DNA of 64,000 nt, from the NCBI GenBank assembly GCA_030295235.1, contig AP026147.1, forward strand, positions 434,001 through 498,000. Reading direction: 5' to 3'. The notes below the pieces were generated by a model. It was not told the DNA's origin, did no database searches, and saw only the letters and a list, made by a program, of their open reading frames with translations. The stretch's first letter is position 1. Every line of letters begins with the position of its first letter. This DNA comes from Fistulifera solaris (lineage: Eukaryota). Made by a program: the position numbers and the translations under genes. Below are positions 62,401-64,000 of the stretch, piece by piece.

Positions 62401-64000
62401 TCCATCGCGTTTTCTACCTGTCCTTCCAATACGCTGGATTGAACGTATGGCTGATCGAACGACATCGTAGTTAACTATCAAGTCAACTTCACCTATATCC
62501 AAACCTGACAGAAACAGCAAGAAAGTGGTTTAGAACCGAAGGATAGGTAAATGCGTAAAAGTAAGGTTTTGTCACGTACCTTCTTCACCAATCGAGGTGC
62601 ACACCAGTACGTTGAACACATCGCTGCGAAACTGGCGAATGACTTCTTGCTGTTCCGCTTGGTTCATGCCCTGGAGCTGCCCTTCTGTTCCTTTTGTACG
62701 GTTGCCTTGTCCAATAAAGTGCCTTGGTCGAATTAATGGCGAACATGCTTGCAGGGTAGAAACGATTTCGGATACCGAGTCTCGAAATTGCGAAAAGACA
62801 ATCGACCGCGATGACCTGCCAATCGCTCGGTCCCTTTCAAAGTGCTCCGTCAAGATCTCTCGTAATTTCATTAGCTTGGGGTTGTTGGCAACTGCATCCT
62901 TTCCATTTTCTACAACATTCCATACTTTGAGAAACTCTTCGGACCGCAAAAGGGTGACATGGGACCCGTTTGCCGAGTACTGAGAAGTCGTTTCATAACG
63001 GAATGCACACATGCCAGTCCGTTGACATGAACTTTGGTGCGCAAATCGCATAAGGTCGTCGCGATATGAAATATACCGGAAAGACTGGTATCCGGAAGAC
63101 GTTCCTGAATCTTTCTCAGCTGATGGGAAGTGATATACTGATAGTCTAAGTTTCCACTCAGGGCACCCCGAGCCCGCAGCCTATCCAACTGTACCAACAA
63201 CAGATCATTCAGCATCCTTTCGACATCTTTCGCGACGCTCACGTTCGGCACCAGAACTTCTTCTACAGCACGGTCGTGAATGTATTTCGCAATGCTCGCA
63301 TCATCTTCGGTTCGCGCCTCAATTTTACTGATTCGCAATACATCAATGACCGCTTGTATGTCTTTAATGGTTTTGCCGGGCGTTGCACTCAATCCGAGCA
63401 GCCGAAATTTGGCATTGGATTCGAATAGTCGATTGACGATGGTAACATACGAGTGATTGCCCGTCGCTCGATGCGCTTCGTCCAGCACCACACACACAAA
63501 GTAGTCGGGATTGCACCGCGATGCTTCCAAATCAAATTGAATGGTTTGAGGAGTACAATAGAAAACTCGTTTTTCGTTCCACAATTCGGCCCTGCGACTG
63601 GCATTGATCTTGCCCGTGAGTACAGCCGTATCTGTTTCGGGAATTCCCATAATATTAAAACAGGCTTGGACTTGCTGATTGACCAACGGCAACGTGGGAG
63701 CCAGAAACAATATTTTCCCTCGAGGGAAGAAGCGATAATAGTTGTACATGACAACCGCCGCGATCAATGTTTTACCCAGGCCCGTGGGTAGTGAAACCAG
63801 TGTGTTCTCATGAATGGCAGCTTCTGAGATTTCCAACTGATAATCTCGTTTCGGAAAGTCGTCATCGACAGGGAAAATCCATTCTTTCGAAGATGCCTGG
63901 TCCAAGGGAACGGGTCCCGGTGTAAACGGAATGGGCTGCCGTTGCTGGTGACTCGTTGGACGAGACGAATTAGTACGGGGCTGAAAAATGGGACAAATGT
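59478..64000 (-). CDS. FANCM: FANCM/Mph1 DEAH helicase-translocase (5' end outside window)
   Basis: RDYQ, LPTGLGKT, DEAHRA, LSATPG, FIGQG, TSIGEEGLDIGEVD and QRIGRTGRKR, with C-terminal FFDEEA...FIND. Intron about 62506-62580 and several indels. Confidence 0.93.

Noticed and set aside
36839..64000. REV7 and FANCM as a DNA-repair gene cluster
   Set aside because: They are more than 20 kb apart with unrelated genes between them, so chance proximity is sufficient.

Overview
This is gene-dense eukaryotic nuclear DNA, almost certainly from a diatom. The evidence is short GT-AG introns, bipartite signal + ASAFAP-like plastid presequences, diatom-type LRR, HSF and DUF6824-like proteins, and a CoDi-like copia element. 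About 32 protein-coding loci are recognisable, including aspartate kinase, UBA52, mitochondrial ferredoxin, ABC-F, gamma-glutamyl hydrolase, parvulin, MPC, a plastid sigma factor, RPL17, REV7, capping protein alpha, importin alpha, ornithine decarboxylase and FANCM. Many essential genes carry single-base frameshifts at homopolymers, which points to an unpolished long-read assembly rather than pseudogenes. The main non-genic structures are: (1) a young, full-length 6.7 kb Ty1/copia element whose LTRs have non-canonical AAC...GCT termini, inserted about 100 bp upstream of the ferredoxin ATG; (2) two tandem arrays 31 kb apart (207/215 bp and about 33 bp units) that share a palindromic CCAGATTTT(C/A)TGGAA core; (3) a TTAA-flanked MITE next to the second array. 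Notable proteins are an 80-aa zinc-finger/CaaX microprotein, an ODC with a roughly 165-aa acidic insert and small upstream ORFs, a signal-peptide UBL-STI1 protein, a FANCM with a PHD finger, and a disrupted RAI1/DXO-like ORF. All calls come from reading the sequence and recognising motifs; no searches were run.
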